Assembly (NCBI GenBank): GCA_050575255.1
Contig: JBNZDD010013679.1
Coordinates: 350,444 to 414,443 of the forward strand
DNA length: 64,000 bases
Source: Harriotta raleighana
Lineage: Eukaryota
Reading direction: 5' to 3'
The position numbers were made by a program, and so were the translations under genes. Positions 1 through 12,900 of the stretch are shown here, in pieces (position 1 is the first letter of the stretch; each line of letters begins with the position of its first letter). Below the pieces are notes generated by a model. That model did not search any database. It was not told where the DNA came from and saw nothing but the letters and a program-made list of their open reading frames with translations.

Positions 1-22
1 CACACACACACACACACACACA
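1..22. repeat. (CA)n microsatellite, cut by the window edge
   Basis: Pure CA run from position 1. Confidence 0.95.
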
Positions 23-1368
23 GAAATACACACGTCATCTACTGCATGGTTTGAAAGGGGAAAGGAATTGAATACATGTGATTCAATTGCATTAGACACC
101 AACATGCAGAAAATGTTTTTTCCCCAACGTGAGGGAGTGTGCTAATTATAGGTGAATGTAGGTGTGTCATGTGTGTGTATGAGTGGCAGAGGATGCTCAG
201 TAGGATATGATTACAACAATATGATACAATTTTACATTTATATGGTGCCTTTCACATCGGGGGGACGTTCTCAACTCTCCGAGCTGAGGATAGGAGCTGA
301 GGGGAATGGAAGTTAAAGAGTGTTGATGCTCATTTTGACATAAACAGAGTAAACTCAACAAGATAAAGACCAATAACCCAGCCAACATAATGCAGAGTCT
401 TGTACATTTTGTACAACCCATAGTGTTTGAGGGCAGAGCAAAAGTTCAGAGTTCTACTTCTGACTCTGTCCTGACATTGCTGGGACTGGACATATTTTGG
501 GCTGTCTATATTCACTCCATGGTTTACCGCTCACTCTCATCAGTTCAATCACTATCTGACATCCAGCAAATTACCAAAGGTTCCACAGTCACAGAGCCGT
601 TGAACTTTCTGATTATTTTGTTTTCTTGGAATCCCTAAATTCAATGGTGTTGAAAGTGGATGCAATAACCATAGGAAAAAGAGAAGAGGAGAATAGGGAG
701 TGAACTGATTGAATCTGAATGTGCACTGTGGCAATCAACTGAGTTTTATTCCGATATTCTGCTTATTATGCCCAGTTTTGTACATATTACAGTCATTCAT
801 ACAGTACTGTTCATTACAGTAAAGTATTTTATTGATTCACTAGCAAATACTTCAACATGCGAAAAATAAACAGGATTAGAGTCACTAGCCATTAAGTCTT
901 CAGTGGAACTTGAAAATGAGCAAGAATAAGCCACAGATTTCTGATATTGCCTTTTAACTGATGTATATATTTACCTATCCAATGTTTCCAGTTTCATTTT
1001 CTCTTAGCACAATTTCTCCTAAGAGTCATCCTACAATCTAGAGTGATTTCCTAAACCCTTTTATATACAGCAAAGCATAAACTGCAGCACTCAGTGGGAA
1101 CCTCAGTGCAGAAATGCAGAGCAGAACAGATCTGCATCTGCCCCATTGATATGCCGAGTCTCCTTGGGAGTATGATGCAAAGCGGTGATTCTAACAGGCA
1201 ACAGACCCTCCAAAAAACCCAGGGGTGACAAAGATAAAAGAGAAGTTCTTTGCTTTCCAAGTGCTTCCTCCTGCATTACTATTTGCTTTGAAGGCCCTGT
1301 AATTAAGGCAAAGTGTGGTGAAAGTGGTACCAAAATGCAGCAAACCAGTTTTGTTTCCCGTTTCAGTA

Positions 1369-1795
1369 CAGTAAAATTCCGATAATCCGGCATGTTGGGA
1401 CCTAGGCGGTGCCAGATTAGCAAATATGACGTATTATTGGATGTTACTCTTAGGGATGGAAGGTTTTGAGTGTGCTGTGCTCTTATCTATGTTACATACG
1501 TGTATAGCGAAAACCAAAGCTCTCCCCATCCCGGCAGAGCAGGCGGTCTGTCTAAAGAGGCATCGCACCCGCCAAAAGTTAATCTTTTTTAAAAAATTGC
1601 ACACGCGCACACGTATTAAAGCACATGTGCACTTGTTAAACGTGACGTCAGTGACAGGCCCCCGAGGAAATTGCACTGAGCAGTGTGAAGGCTATCTGGG
1701 AAGAGATGCGCATATTGGAAAAAGACGGACCGTCGCAGATGACGGACTTTAAAGCATTCCGGATTAACAGGTGCCAGATTAAAGGAATTTTACTG
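1369..1795. mobile_element. Non-autonomous Tigger/pogo-like DNA transposon (MITE), 427 bp
   Basis: Left end CAGTAAAATTCCGATAATCCGGCA; reverse complement of right end CAGTAAAATTCCTTTAATCTGGCA (21/24 match). TA on both flanks (1367-68, 1796-97). CpG-richer interior, no transposase ORF. Confidence 0.88.
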
Positions 1796-1927
1796 TATAT
1801 TGTTTTGCAGGGATGGGTGTAGGTGTGGAAGGGAAGAATTAGAATGAAGTTTCAACACATACCAGGGCTGATGCATCAAGCCTCAAAACTAGAACCAAGC
1901 AAATAAGCAAATTTCCCTCAGAAACAA

Positions 1928-2017
1928 CATAATTCACTTGACAGTGTATCCTATGAAGCGCTTTGAGATGTCTCAACTATGTGATAAGGTACTGTGTCAA
2001 ATGCAAAGCTTATTATA
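1928..2017 (+). mobile_element. 3' tail fragment of the L2-tailed tRNA-SINE family
   Basis: aattcacttgacagtgtatcctatgaagcgctttgagatgtctc...tcaaatgcaaagcttatta matches the family 3' end. Confidence 0.75.
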
Positions 2018-3520
2018 AATATAGTACACACATTAGAAAAAGTTGGCACTGATTTTGCAACTTTCTACTAAATAACAAACGCATCAGATACAGATTGGTG
2101 TTCTCACTTAACTACTGCTCCATCATTCTTGTTAGCCTCTTGTTAGGCAAGTCATTAGCTAGTCAAACTTTTGATACTGCTACTGTCACACTTTTTACCA
2201 GGAAACATCCAAGGAGGAATTGTGGAGGGGAGGGGTGGTGGGGGGAGGGGGTGGAAGAGGTGGGGTGCATTGTTAGCTTTGATCATTATTTTAAACATTT
2301 CCCTGCCTTCCATATTCACAAGACGTTTAGAATGTGCCCTGAAGGATGCTCCTTTAGATGTGATGCATCAACCTGAGATCTGGTTTGTTACAAAACTGCC
2401 GGCCAACATCACAGGAGTTGCAGCAGCTTGTTGTGATTATGCACAAGCCCAACGCGTTGATCTCAACCTGGTGAGAATTGACACCAGAAAAAAAGGTTAC
2501 ATAAATGTATGAAAGATGGTTCTCCGCAGAGCAAGGGTGTCCTCATCATCTAATAATACTATGCGAGCTCAGTATTGAAAAACTGTTTTCAATTCTACAC
2601 ACTGCTCTCCAAAATCATCTTGAAGTAATTTCCTGCTTACATTCTCAACGCACAGAAAAGCTTTTTGAATGTCCTGACCCAATCCTATGCAACACTAACA
2701 AATGCATAAAAAAACAAGAGCACCGGACAGATAGCACCAAATAAATTGATGAGAATATATTATGCTCTCAGATTGCCCTGTGTTCAGTTTGCAGAGTTAA
2801 TGCTCCCACAAGGTCAGAACAGGGATGACATTTTTGGTTAAGTTTTGGATCTCAAATATGTTCTCGGTGTAACATAATTCAGGTCACAAATGTAGACCTG
2901 TGGATAATCAGGTATCCATCTTGTTAACATGAGAGTAATGGCAAGGGAGAAGAATGAAGCTTTTTTCCCCATTGTTGCTGTAGGAAACATCCTGATTCGC
3001 CATCTTGCATCTGCAACTTAACTTCAGAGTACTAGCAAGGGTCTCAGTATAATTCTCTTCAGCTTGTCTTTTAATAACTCCATTTTGTTGCCATGGGGTC
3101 TATTATATGTTAATTGCTAACATAAGCATCTTTTTACTACATTATTTTTATTATAAATATCCAGAGCAGAATAAGAATATTTTTTTTTAACTATCTTCAA
3201 TTTATCATCACCAGCCCTGTTCAATCCCCTCTGTCTATTATCTTCAAGATTGGTTACTCTAACGAACGAACTTAGAATTACTTTTTAAACTGGCGTCAAT
3301 ATTCCTGATACAGGGGAATCCTGTTAAAATGGCCTTCGATATAGTGAAGTTTTGTTTGTAGTGTAAACCCGCTGACTTGGAAGTGCAAAGCATCTAACCT
3401 CTGGGACTGGCTAAAAAAAAATCTGACTTCTGGTCATCAGTTGACTGACCTCTCATGTCACTTACTGTGTGCTATACTCACATGTCGCTAACATCACTTC
3501 CTCCATCATGCGCATCTATG

Positions 3521-3663
3521 TAGGAAGAATTGGCATCAGTGAAGCGACTGATTTGGAAATCGGCCATTGTTTTCATGCCTCTCTCCAGTCGTTGGGGAGG
3601 CAAAAATGAAAAAATGACCAATTTCAAAACCATGAGGTACCCACCTCGTGTCACTTCTTCCTA
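3521..3663. repeat. Degenerate ~143-bp palindrome, probably an old MITE
   Basis: Ends TAGGAAGAA / TTCTTCCTA. Inner arms gatttggaaatcggccattgttttcatgcctc and gaggcaaaaatgaaaaaatgaccaatttcaaaac are imperfect reverse complements around a short loop. Confidence 0.7.
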
Positions 3664-5984
3664 TATTCATCTGCAAGAACAGGAATGATGTTCATCTTTT
3701 ACCTTTCCCCACAGTGGAGGACCTCATGAAAAGATGAACTAGCAGGCTGGTCACGAACCGGCCTAAAACATCAAATGAGAACACCCATGCTGAGATGAGA
3801 CAAGACCTGCTAAGTGGTTGTTATGGAATGGTGAATGGGGAGCCAAGAGTGTCTGTAATTTTATGATATTGATCTGCCTCTGTGATTTTCCACACTTTCT
3901 GTTTGGATTCGGTATCCTCCCGAATACCAGAGAAAAACAGCAAAGAAACATCATTCTGCAGCCATCTATGTGAAGAATTCACACCCTTGCTCCAACACGT
4001 GAATCGGGACAGGGTATAATCTAACAATGATTACAATGAAGAGTGATTTTGTTAAAGCACCGTATGCACAAAGTTGACAGAAGAACTGCTATGTTGCAGA
4101 TAAAGGGAGCATTGGAGTAACCAGACTCGGGGAGCCGGTAAACGACACACACATCACAAGTGAATAAACCCAGCCATCTGGTAATGACATAATAACAGTT
4201 GTGAAAAACACGAATCCCTTTCTGCTTTGTTGCTGTTGTGCTCCCCGGGTTTGTTCCTAAAGATCTCAGTCAGCACTGCGAGCATTCTTCAGTAACTTCG
4301 AGGAGAAGCTGACTTTGCAGTGACCCACTTTGAGACGACTGTTACAGTCTGCGCCAGCCTCTGCCTGCGTTCAGGGTGTGCCACAAAATTTCAGTGCAGA
4401 TATTGGCAGCAGTCATCTAATTTGCACCTCAGTCCTTTTATTGCCATTAGAGGCTCAGCTTCATTAAACACAAGACCCTGAAATCTGGTCAGCGTACACC
4501 CACTTGTACATTCTTGCTTAATTTGCTTCTCATCTTTGGAGAATTCCAACCGCTTAGAAAGCAGAGGGGATATATTTGTTAATGATTACTGGTGCTACGC
4601 TTTTACATAACAAAGATAATAACTGGTTTCTGGAATGAAAAGCACAGCATGCAATCTAAGAGTTGTTTAAAAGGCTCAAACACAGGTCAAAATTACTGAC
4701 AAGCTTTCTTTTTTTTAAAAGAGTATTATGAATAGAAAATACTATTAAAGTAATTCCCATTTTGTTTTTTAAATATCCCATATTGCCAGGAATTATATTT
4801 ATGGTGCTTGTTCTATGCCCAAATTGCACCTCTGTTGCTCTCCACATCCCTCAATATCTTTCAGGCATGTAGTTGAGGGATACAAATTTATTTCAACACC
4901 CACTCAGAAAAAATAGTTACAAGCAAAGTAGTTGTTGGCTTAAAGCTTCATCGCCAATTAACATTTACAGTTAACCACTCAAGGCACAACACTACAATGG
5001 TATCATTTAACGTTCGAGAGAAATTGAGTATCACACTGTGTGAGACAACATCCACGAACATAAATGTCTAATCTGGTTAATGTATAAGGAAGGAAAAAAT
5101 ATAGGAAACACAGACTATCCGTGGAGGCCAAACGTTTTTGTGCTTTATATAATGCGCCATAGGGAATGTCCCACCATGCAGCATTGAACGTTTTGTGGAA
5201 AATTAACTGAGAGTCAAGGATCAATAGCTTTATGACAGAAATAGTGCCAAAACGCAGAGCTTTATGGTGAGGATGGGAGTTCTTTCAGTCATGATCTAAG
5301 CAAATTCCTGTCAATCTTTCTATACTTGCAAATTCTTTTAACTGAATAATCCTGCTACTTACAACGTGAACAATGGTACAGCTGCTCTGCTATGTGCCAC
5401 TCTGATGATGTACAACCTCATTTTCTGTCCTGACCTATTATACATAACAGGGATCCATCCTGTTTCTAACTGTTCTTCGGGAGGGCAATTATATCTGCAG
5501 ATATGTAGTTCAGAAATGTACGCCCAATCCATATGGATATAGTCCCACAATGTGTTTTAGTTTTAACCTTGTGACAGACTGAAGGGATTTCAAAGGCTTT
5601 AAGATGTGAAATGAGATGACAGCTCTGCCATACCTTTGCAGCCAGCCAGCCTTCTCTCTTTCTCAATCTGTACAAACTGAACTAATTAAAAGAGATTATA
5701 CAAAACTGTCGCATGTTTGGAAGAAAAGACATAACGACTGTGGGAACTGCTATTGTCACAGAAATGAAGGGTGGAATGAATCAGGTGCTGACAATAGTTT
5801 ATTCCAGCATTTTTAATACTTTTATTATCATTGATATATAATAAATGTATTCCACTTGAGAGAAAAAATGTTTAATAAATCAAACTTGTGCTTGTGGGCA
5901 TAGTGAATTCTCAGTTTTTATCATCTTATGGGCTAAATGCTGCATCACCTACTTCACATATTTCTTCATTAAATATTCTCTGTA

Positions 5985-6340
5985 TAATGATAATAATCCT
6001 TGCATTTGATATAACGCCTTATCATGTCGTTGAGACGTCTGAAAACTCTTCACCGAATATATTGTAAAGTGATTGACCGTGTATTTTGTGGGCTAATTTT
6101 GGCAGCCAATTGTGCACAGCAGTGTCCCATAAACAGTCATGGATTGAGTGACCAAATTTCTTCGGGGGAGGGTTTATTATCCCAGGAGAGCAATTGGCAA
6201 TCGACTAATAACCGGGTTCCTACTTACTGCTAAATAAACAGTGGCGTGTGGAGTAAGGAAACTTGCCTAAGATTTTGCTGGGAATCAAACCCGGTCCTTT
6301 CACTTGCAAGGTGAGCTCCCCAGCCATGACGCCACGGGAC
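5985..6340 (-). mobile_element. Full-length tRNA-derived SINE, long variant
   Basis: On the minus strand: decayed tRNA-like head (gtcccgtggcgtc...cttgcaagtg...gtttgattccc), central segment cagtaagtaggaacccgg, L2-like tail ending tcaaatgcaagg(att)n. Confidence 0.88.
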
Positions 6341-6789
6341 GCCATGTAGATTCAAAATTGTGTAAATCAGACAGGGTTTCGAACTGAAAATCAAACATTC
6401 CTGGTTAATGTTAAATTCTTCTTAAATAGCAAGGCCACCCGAATGTAGAGAAACTCTCATCGACACAATTTAACAATTTCAGACCTTTGGGTTATTGTTG
6501 TCATTCCTGCTTATCAAAGTGGATTAGAGTTGGGTGTGGGGATGGTTTGGTTGTGTGGGAGTAGTCACATCTGGGAGGAGAACGGATTTGTGCCTGTTAC
6601 AGCACCAAACACCCCTGGGTTTTGTGACAATGAACAGCTGCCCTGTATCTAATATTATACTTCATTACTGGTTATTCTAACAGCTTGCTAACCCAAAGCT
6701 GCCTTTCTGAAAAACTAACCTGATAAAGGATTATCACTAGAGGAAAACAGAAGGAGGCTAGCAGAATTTATTGAATACACATAGACGGG

Positions 6790-7025
6790 CACACAGAGAG
6801 CTATTAGAATATAGGGTGCTTCACCAGAAATGTCTCTAGAAACCGAGTCCATAAGAGCTCTTAAAAGGGAATTGGACAAATACTTCAAGGGGAAAATAAT
6901 ATTAAAGGGAATGTGGAGCAGGGGATTAGGACTAGAGGAGACAGCTCCAGCAGGGGAGCTAGTACAGCATAGACATTTTGGGCAGAATAGCTTTCTTCTA
7001 TGGTGTAAAAATTTGTCAATTTGCT
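6790..7025 (+). mobile_element. CR1-type LINE 3' end fragment
   Basis: ttaaaagggaattggacaaatacttc (KRELDKY, typical CR1 ORF2 C-terminus) followed by a CR1-like 3' UTR ending gggcagaatagctttcttctatggtgtaa. Confidence 0.65.
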
Positions 7026-7656
7026 AAGAAAAAAGTCTAATACAGAATTATTACAGAGATAATGAAAATACTGTACGTTGCCTGATTCGAAAGGCAAGGC
7101 TGAGATAAAAACCTGTTTTTAATCTTTTGGATTTGTTTGTTTTTTATTCTTTTCCTCTTGTTTTTTACCATTTGATTCATTTTCTCCACTCATATTACTG
7201 CTTCTATTAAATCATACATGAGCAAGCGAAGGCAGCAGAGAAGAGTCTCGCTACAACTCCATCTGTGGAGGGAATCACACCAGGGCGAGAGGTGGAGATA
7301 CTCTGGAAATTTGGTGGATTACCTTTGGGAATTAGGGGTATCACTACACAGAATCTTCCCACAGAAGATTAAAGAGTGCCAGGGCCAAGTGACACAGGAG
7401 TGAACAACCTTTTATTTTGCTTTGCGCTTTCTTATGCTAAGAACAAATAATTGCTTCCTAGGAAGGAAAAGAGATAAATGAAACAGAAAGGATTCTTCTT
7501 GAATCAGGTTAAAGTGTATCTTTGCGAGTTCAGAAGAGCTTTAGCATACTGTTTTAGCTTAAGAAAGAAGAGATATTGCCAATAAGAAAATAAAAAGATA
7601 AATCGTGCAGCACCATTAAATAATAATAGGTGATTTATCCAACTACAGTACATCCA

Positions 7657-8010
7657 CAACAACAACAACTTGGATTTATATAGCACCCTCCACACCAGAC
7701 GGTGTCTCAGAACACTTCACAAAATGGATCCCGGGGCCGAGCCAGGGGTGGGGGAGGGGTGACCAAAAACGCGGTCGAAAAGAAAAGTCTTTAGGCGTGA
7801 CCATCAAAATAGAAAAAGAGGGGGTGAGGTGAAGGGAGTGAGGGAGGGCGTTCCAGGGCCTCGAGGCGTAGTGGCTGAAGGCACGGCCACTGACAGTGGA
7901 ATAGAGGTTTTAGGGGACAAGGAGGAGGCCAGACCTGATAGAGCGAAGGCAAAGAGTGCTGTTGTGAGGAGAGAGGAGGTCAGAGAGGTAGGGTGTGCAC
8001 TGGTGTGATT
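7657..8010 (-). mobile_element. L2 LINE 3' fragment
   Basis: (aac)n tail, gatttatatagcaccc, then purine-rich sequence homologous to the reverse complement of 63400-63760. Confidence 0.8.
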
Positions 8011-8067
8011 CCCCCATCAGATAACTAGCAGTGGTAATAAGACATTCTAGAAACCGATTCAGAGTCA

Positions 8068-8280
8068 AATAATAATAATCCTTGCATTTCATATAGCGCT
8101 TTTCACATCTTCTAGACATTTCAAGGCGTTTCACAGAATACTCTGTAAAGTGAATTGACTGTATATTTGTGGACGAAATGGGGCAGCCAATTGCGCACAG
8201 CAGTGTCCCACAAAGAGTCGTGGATTGAAATGACCATTTTGTTATGGTGTTTTTTTTGAGGGATTGTTATTATTAGGCGT
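8068..8280 (-). mobile_element. tRNA-SINE family copy, 5'-truncated
   Basis: aataataatccttgcatttcatatagcgcttttcacatc...gcagccaattgcgcacagcagtgtcccacaaa; near consensus. Confidence 0.9.
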
Positions 8281-8493
8281 TGTTATTAAATGATGTCTAA
8301 CAGCTATGTTACACTAAGAATTTCATGTTTCTTTTACACTTACAGCAAAAAGCAACCCCTCCCTGGTTCCAGCAGTTCGAGAGTGATCACTGCGCTGCCT
8401 TATCCAGCATCTGCCCAGGAGGTGGACATTAGTAGCCGTAAACTAAACAGCAATTTCTAATCAAGTGTCAGTCATAGTGACAGCGAGTCACAA

Positions 8494-8611
8494 ACGTTCC
8501 GCCCACAAATATACAGTCCATTCACTTTACAGTATATTCTGTGAAGCGCTTTGGGACGTCGATAAGATGTGAAAAGCGCTATATCAAATGCCAGGATTAT
8601 TATTTATTATT
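8494..8611 (+). mobile_element. tRNA-SINE family 3' fragment
   Basis: cgcccacaaatatacagtc...tgtgaagcgctttgggacgtc...agcgctatatcaaatgccaggattatt. Confidence 0.85.
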
Positions 8612-10332
8612 GTAACGATTAATCCTAATGGATCCTAACCAGAACAGCATCACACCCACTGGCTGTAACTCCCATCATTTACTTCCAGATACACAAGCAC
8701 GGTATTCCCACACAGTGGCACCAACCTCATCTCTTTACTGGTTATTGCAATGTACATATACATAGCAGGTCGGGAAGCTACTCTGCATGAAGGGCGCTAT
8801 ATAAATGCAAGTTGTAGTTGCTGCTGTTGTTGAATGCTCCCATATTGGACACCCTTCTGTGTAGCAATACTGTATTATGTGAACAGTAGTCCACCAGTTA
8901 ACAACTGAACATGCCCTGTGGTGAAACTACCTACTGCTGTGGTGCTAAGTCCAACCTAAGGGTTATTAAGCAAGGGGCATTGAGGTATATATATGAGCAG
9001 AGGAGCCAATGGTACACATTGCAATGTGTACAGTATACAATGGCTGAGTCTCAGAGAAAGCCAAGATGCCCAGTGTGTATGTGTGTCTATGGGTGTGGAT
9101 GCTTATCTGTGTGTGTGTGGCCAGTTCAGTGCAGCCTGACTGACCAGCAAAGAGAGAAAGATGTGTGGAGGAACTGTGTTGAGTGCAGTTTATTTTGCTA
9201 ATTTGTTGGGTAGCTCAGGTTACCACAGTGAAGGAGCAGAAGGTGTTCAGAGACATGCAAATCTGCCATTAGCAAGTAGCCAATGCCAGTGTATTTTCAG
9301 CCTCTGCCACCCACCTCCTCTCCCTTTCCCATTAATTTATCTCAGGAAGGTTTCTGCATATTTTCACACAGCCCTCTCTCCACAAATCTCATTAATATTC
9401 CCTCCCCCCAGTGCTTTGACAGATTGGCTCGTCATTACTGCATCCTGGAGTCCTTTTCGAACAATATGGGCAAACTAGTGTTTGTGGGGTTAATGACAAT
9501 TATCCCCTAATTACTGCATAAGTCACTGGGTCCACTTTTATCTCCAAAGTCAGAGTCTCTGCACGGTTGCCTGCGTTGTGTTAACTGCCACTGTGTGTGA
9601 CTGCAAAATGAATCCTACGCAGATATGTTTATCTCCAAGTTACCTTGTAAATTATGCTGACAGCAGGATGAACAAATTACCGTGTGTCATCACTTAAATA
9701 CCACTGTTGATAAAACAGAACAGGCAACAAAGCTGCAGTCTCTTTCTCTCTCTCCACCACCCCCCCCCCATCCCCCCTCCCTATCCCCACATCCCCAATT
9801 AGAGCAATCACATGCCATACACTCTGTGCTGCCCAGGCAGTGGATGCTGCAGTGAAAGACACTCACATTTACATCCCACATGGAAACAGCCCACAGTGGA
9901 GAGTAATCAGACCATTTGATTCTTTTCTCATTTGATGCTTCTTTCTTATTCTGATTTTTTTTTTGGGGGGGGGGGGGGCAACAAAAATTCCACTTTCAAA
10001 TATTTAGCAACATTGCATGTCAACTGAGAATGAGAATAACAATAACAGTATCAATACTCTTTGCATCAGTCCTTCTCACGTCTAAAAAGTCCCACCCCCA
10101 ACCGCAGGAATTAATATCAACTCTACCAGCCTGTTATTTGCAGATTAAAACTGTACAGGTTGACAGATAATTAAGACCATCCACCAGCCCATTCAACTGG
10201 CAGAGAAGTTCAAGGCTCTGTAACCTCACTCCCAGAACTCACTTAAAGGCATTTGTGGGTGGGGTGGGGGTGGGGTGGGGGGGGGTGTCTGATGGGTTGA
10301 TTTTGCTCCATTTATTTCCAATACAGTATATA

Positions 10333-10501
10333 TTTTCTGTGTTAAACTGGGGATGGGGAGTCTGCTCGAGAAAAGCCTGTGATAGAACATTTTTTGGGGG
10401 GTGTGTGAGTGTGTGTNTTTTCTGTGTTAAACTGGGGATGGGGAGTCTGCTCGAGAAAAGCCTGTGACAGAACATTTTTTGGGGGGTGTGTGAGTGTGTG
10501 T
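10333..10501. other. 84-bp duplication either side of a single N (assembly join)
   Basis: 10333-10416 and 10418-10501 differ by one substitution; N at 10417. Confidence 0.85.
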
Positions 10502-10799
10502 GTGTGTGTATTTGACTCTAGTGATTTGCTCCTAAAAATAAAAAAAGAACTTTGCAAATACAAACCCCAACAGATCAAATCCACATTATTGACAGATTCC
10601 ATGATCTTTTGCTCTTCCTTGCAATTACAGGACAGAATTCTTCACCAAACACTCCTTTTAACTGCACAGTTGTGCCCTATAAACCGCAATAGTTCACAGC
10701 TGATGTGGAACTATTTTATTTTATTTTATTTTATCGGGGTTAGGATTAAGACTCCAAACAACTATTGTTTTAAGTGCTCATTACCTTCAGCCCAATAAA

Positions 10800-12900
10800 C
10801 CCCTTTTTCAAGGTTTATCTTTCGCAGTGAAAATCACAAACAAAATAAACACAAAACGCTCCAAAAATGCTTTAAGCACGCAACAAACAACGCCTTAGAT
10901 TTTTCTGCACTCACTTTTCGAAGTTCTTTTCAGAGGGATTCAAGTGTATTTATGTTACTCCCAAGAGATCAAGTGGATCCAGTGACTTGTGCTGGAATTA
11001 TAGAATTATTATTGTTGTTCAGTTCGGTTTACCAGTCCAGTGAACACACACAACCCTCACAGGAAAGGTTACACTATTCGATGCAAAATAATGTGCAATA
11101 ATCTTGGCTGAATTCGCTGGGACAAAAGGGCTTCAGATATTTCAAACGTTTGCTCTCGATAAATCTGAAAATCCCATCCAAATTAATTAACCCAATGTGT
11201 CTAAACCGAGCAAAACAAAAAAAATCCCTCTTCTCCTGAATAAGAGTTTCCATCAGTCGTGATCTGAACTCGTTACAAACAAACCACAGCTTTAGTGGAA
11301 AAATCTCTCCAAAACAAGATGACATTATAGTGGTTCCTCGTCCCAAGGATAACCTGAATACAGAACCATGCAGTGTGCAATCACTGTGTGTCCTCCATCC
11401 CTCCCCAACACATACAAAACAGAGGGATGCTGTCTGTCTGTGAACTCTGTTTCATGTTAGTGTAGGCTTGGGCTTTTGTGCATGGATTGAGAGGGCAGAG
11501 AGAGAGAGAGAGATAGGAAGCTGTAATCCATTTCTTATAAGAAAATCAGCTCTCATTATGCCATGAGATACTCTCTTGCCTTCTTCATTGTCCTTCCCCC
11601 TCATTAAATAAATGACACCCCCCTTTTCAGCTATCTTTTATACCCACTACACACTGTGTATAAATGGGAGATTTTAAAATGCACAGAAACACACACACAC
11701 AACTGTAATGACAGAGTTGAACTTGGAGCTAGGTTTTTATAATAATAGTAATAATCATATTTTTTAATCACAGCTGTGTTTTTATACTGTTTAAACACAT
11801 TGTGTATGTGTGTGTGGGGGAGTTATTTTTCCTTCCACTGGAGCTATTTACTCTATTGACATTACCTTGCTTTTCCCTAAGGCGTTGAATATTTTTCGAT
11901 GAACTCCAGTAGTTAAAAGTCAATTCCCTTTAAATACTATTGTGAACTTGGGCTTCAAACAAACCCCATGTAGAAATGCACACATATATATATATTATTT
12001 AAAGAATAATGTGATGATAAATGATGATCACAAACCAATAAATAACAACTAACAGGGAGCCCAGATACAGACAGCCCCATTTGGTGTCTGATGGTTGTTC
12101 TGGTGAGTGAGGTACTGACCGACAAGATCTCTTTCACTGGATCAGTTGCTGAGTATAGAGCAGAGCAGAGAGACACACATACACACACACACACAGTACC
12201 TCACCCAGATACAAACACAACTCCAGTACTTCCCAGCCAGCAAATCTAATAGGATTTCTGCGGATTTCAACCCTATCCCCCCCCCCCCCCAACACTGGTA
12301 TATTTTCTTTGGTTCCCGTGCACTCTCCCCACATACCACCCCCCACAAAAGCACACACCTCCCCCACTTAATTTTGTTTTAACAGGGGGTAAAAAGATGA
12401 CTGAGGGGGTGGTGGGGGGGGGGAAGAGGTGGAAAAAGTGCCAAGAAAAAAATTGCGATAGAAAAAGCCTGGATTTCACCTCAGTGTTTCATACACACTA
12501 TGCAGGCATTTTATATAAAATGTTGATCTTTAGCAGACGGGGTGAAACTCTTTATCTCGTTGATTTAGGAACGAAAAGAAACGCATTGTGAAGACCAAAG
12601 CGGAAAGGTCTTTAAATATCTCCAAAGGTTAAACACAGAAGCGCTCAAAATGCCCTGTTATTCAGATATTGCCCCCTTCATGCAACTATCTATCCAGGGG
12701 GGCAGGTAGAGGGAATACCGAGCTGATGCCCAATGTAGTGAGACAGGGTCAAGCCTATATCATTGCCAATGGACCTCAACACAACCAAAGCCCAACCCTA
12801 AACGGTGCTCAATCTGAACAGGGTTTGGAACTACAATGCGGAAACAGTGCCACAAATTCTACTTATGTCAGAGATTTCGATTCAGTGCTACACAGTGGTT
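10800..12900 (-). promoter_or_regulatory. Candidate promoter / 5' non-coding exon region
   Basis: Local CpG excess (about 14 CpG in 10800-11350 by eye), GA/CA microsatellites and G/C runs, no SINEs. Minus-strand donors at 10909-14, 11860-65 and 12199-204; exon-like 10915-10991 has stops in all three frames. Confidence 0.3.

Noticed and set aside
2718-2740. REST/RE1-like agcacc-ggacag
   Set aside because: The two half-sites lack the canonical 2-bp spacer and the flanks do not fit.
10255-10286. G-quadruplex-capable G runs (also about 2225, 12406, 52658)
   Set aside because: Such runs are frequent throughout this sequence and nothing singles them out as functional.
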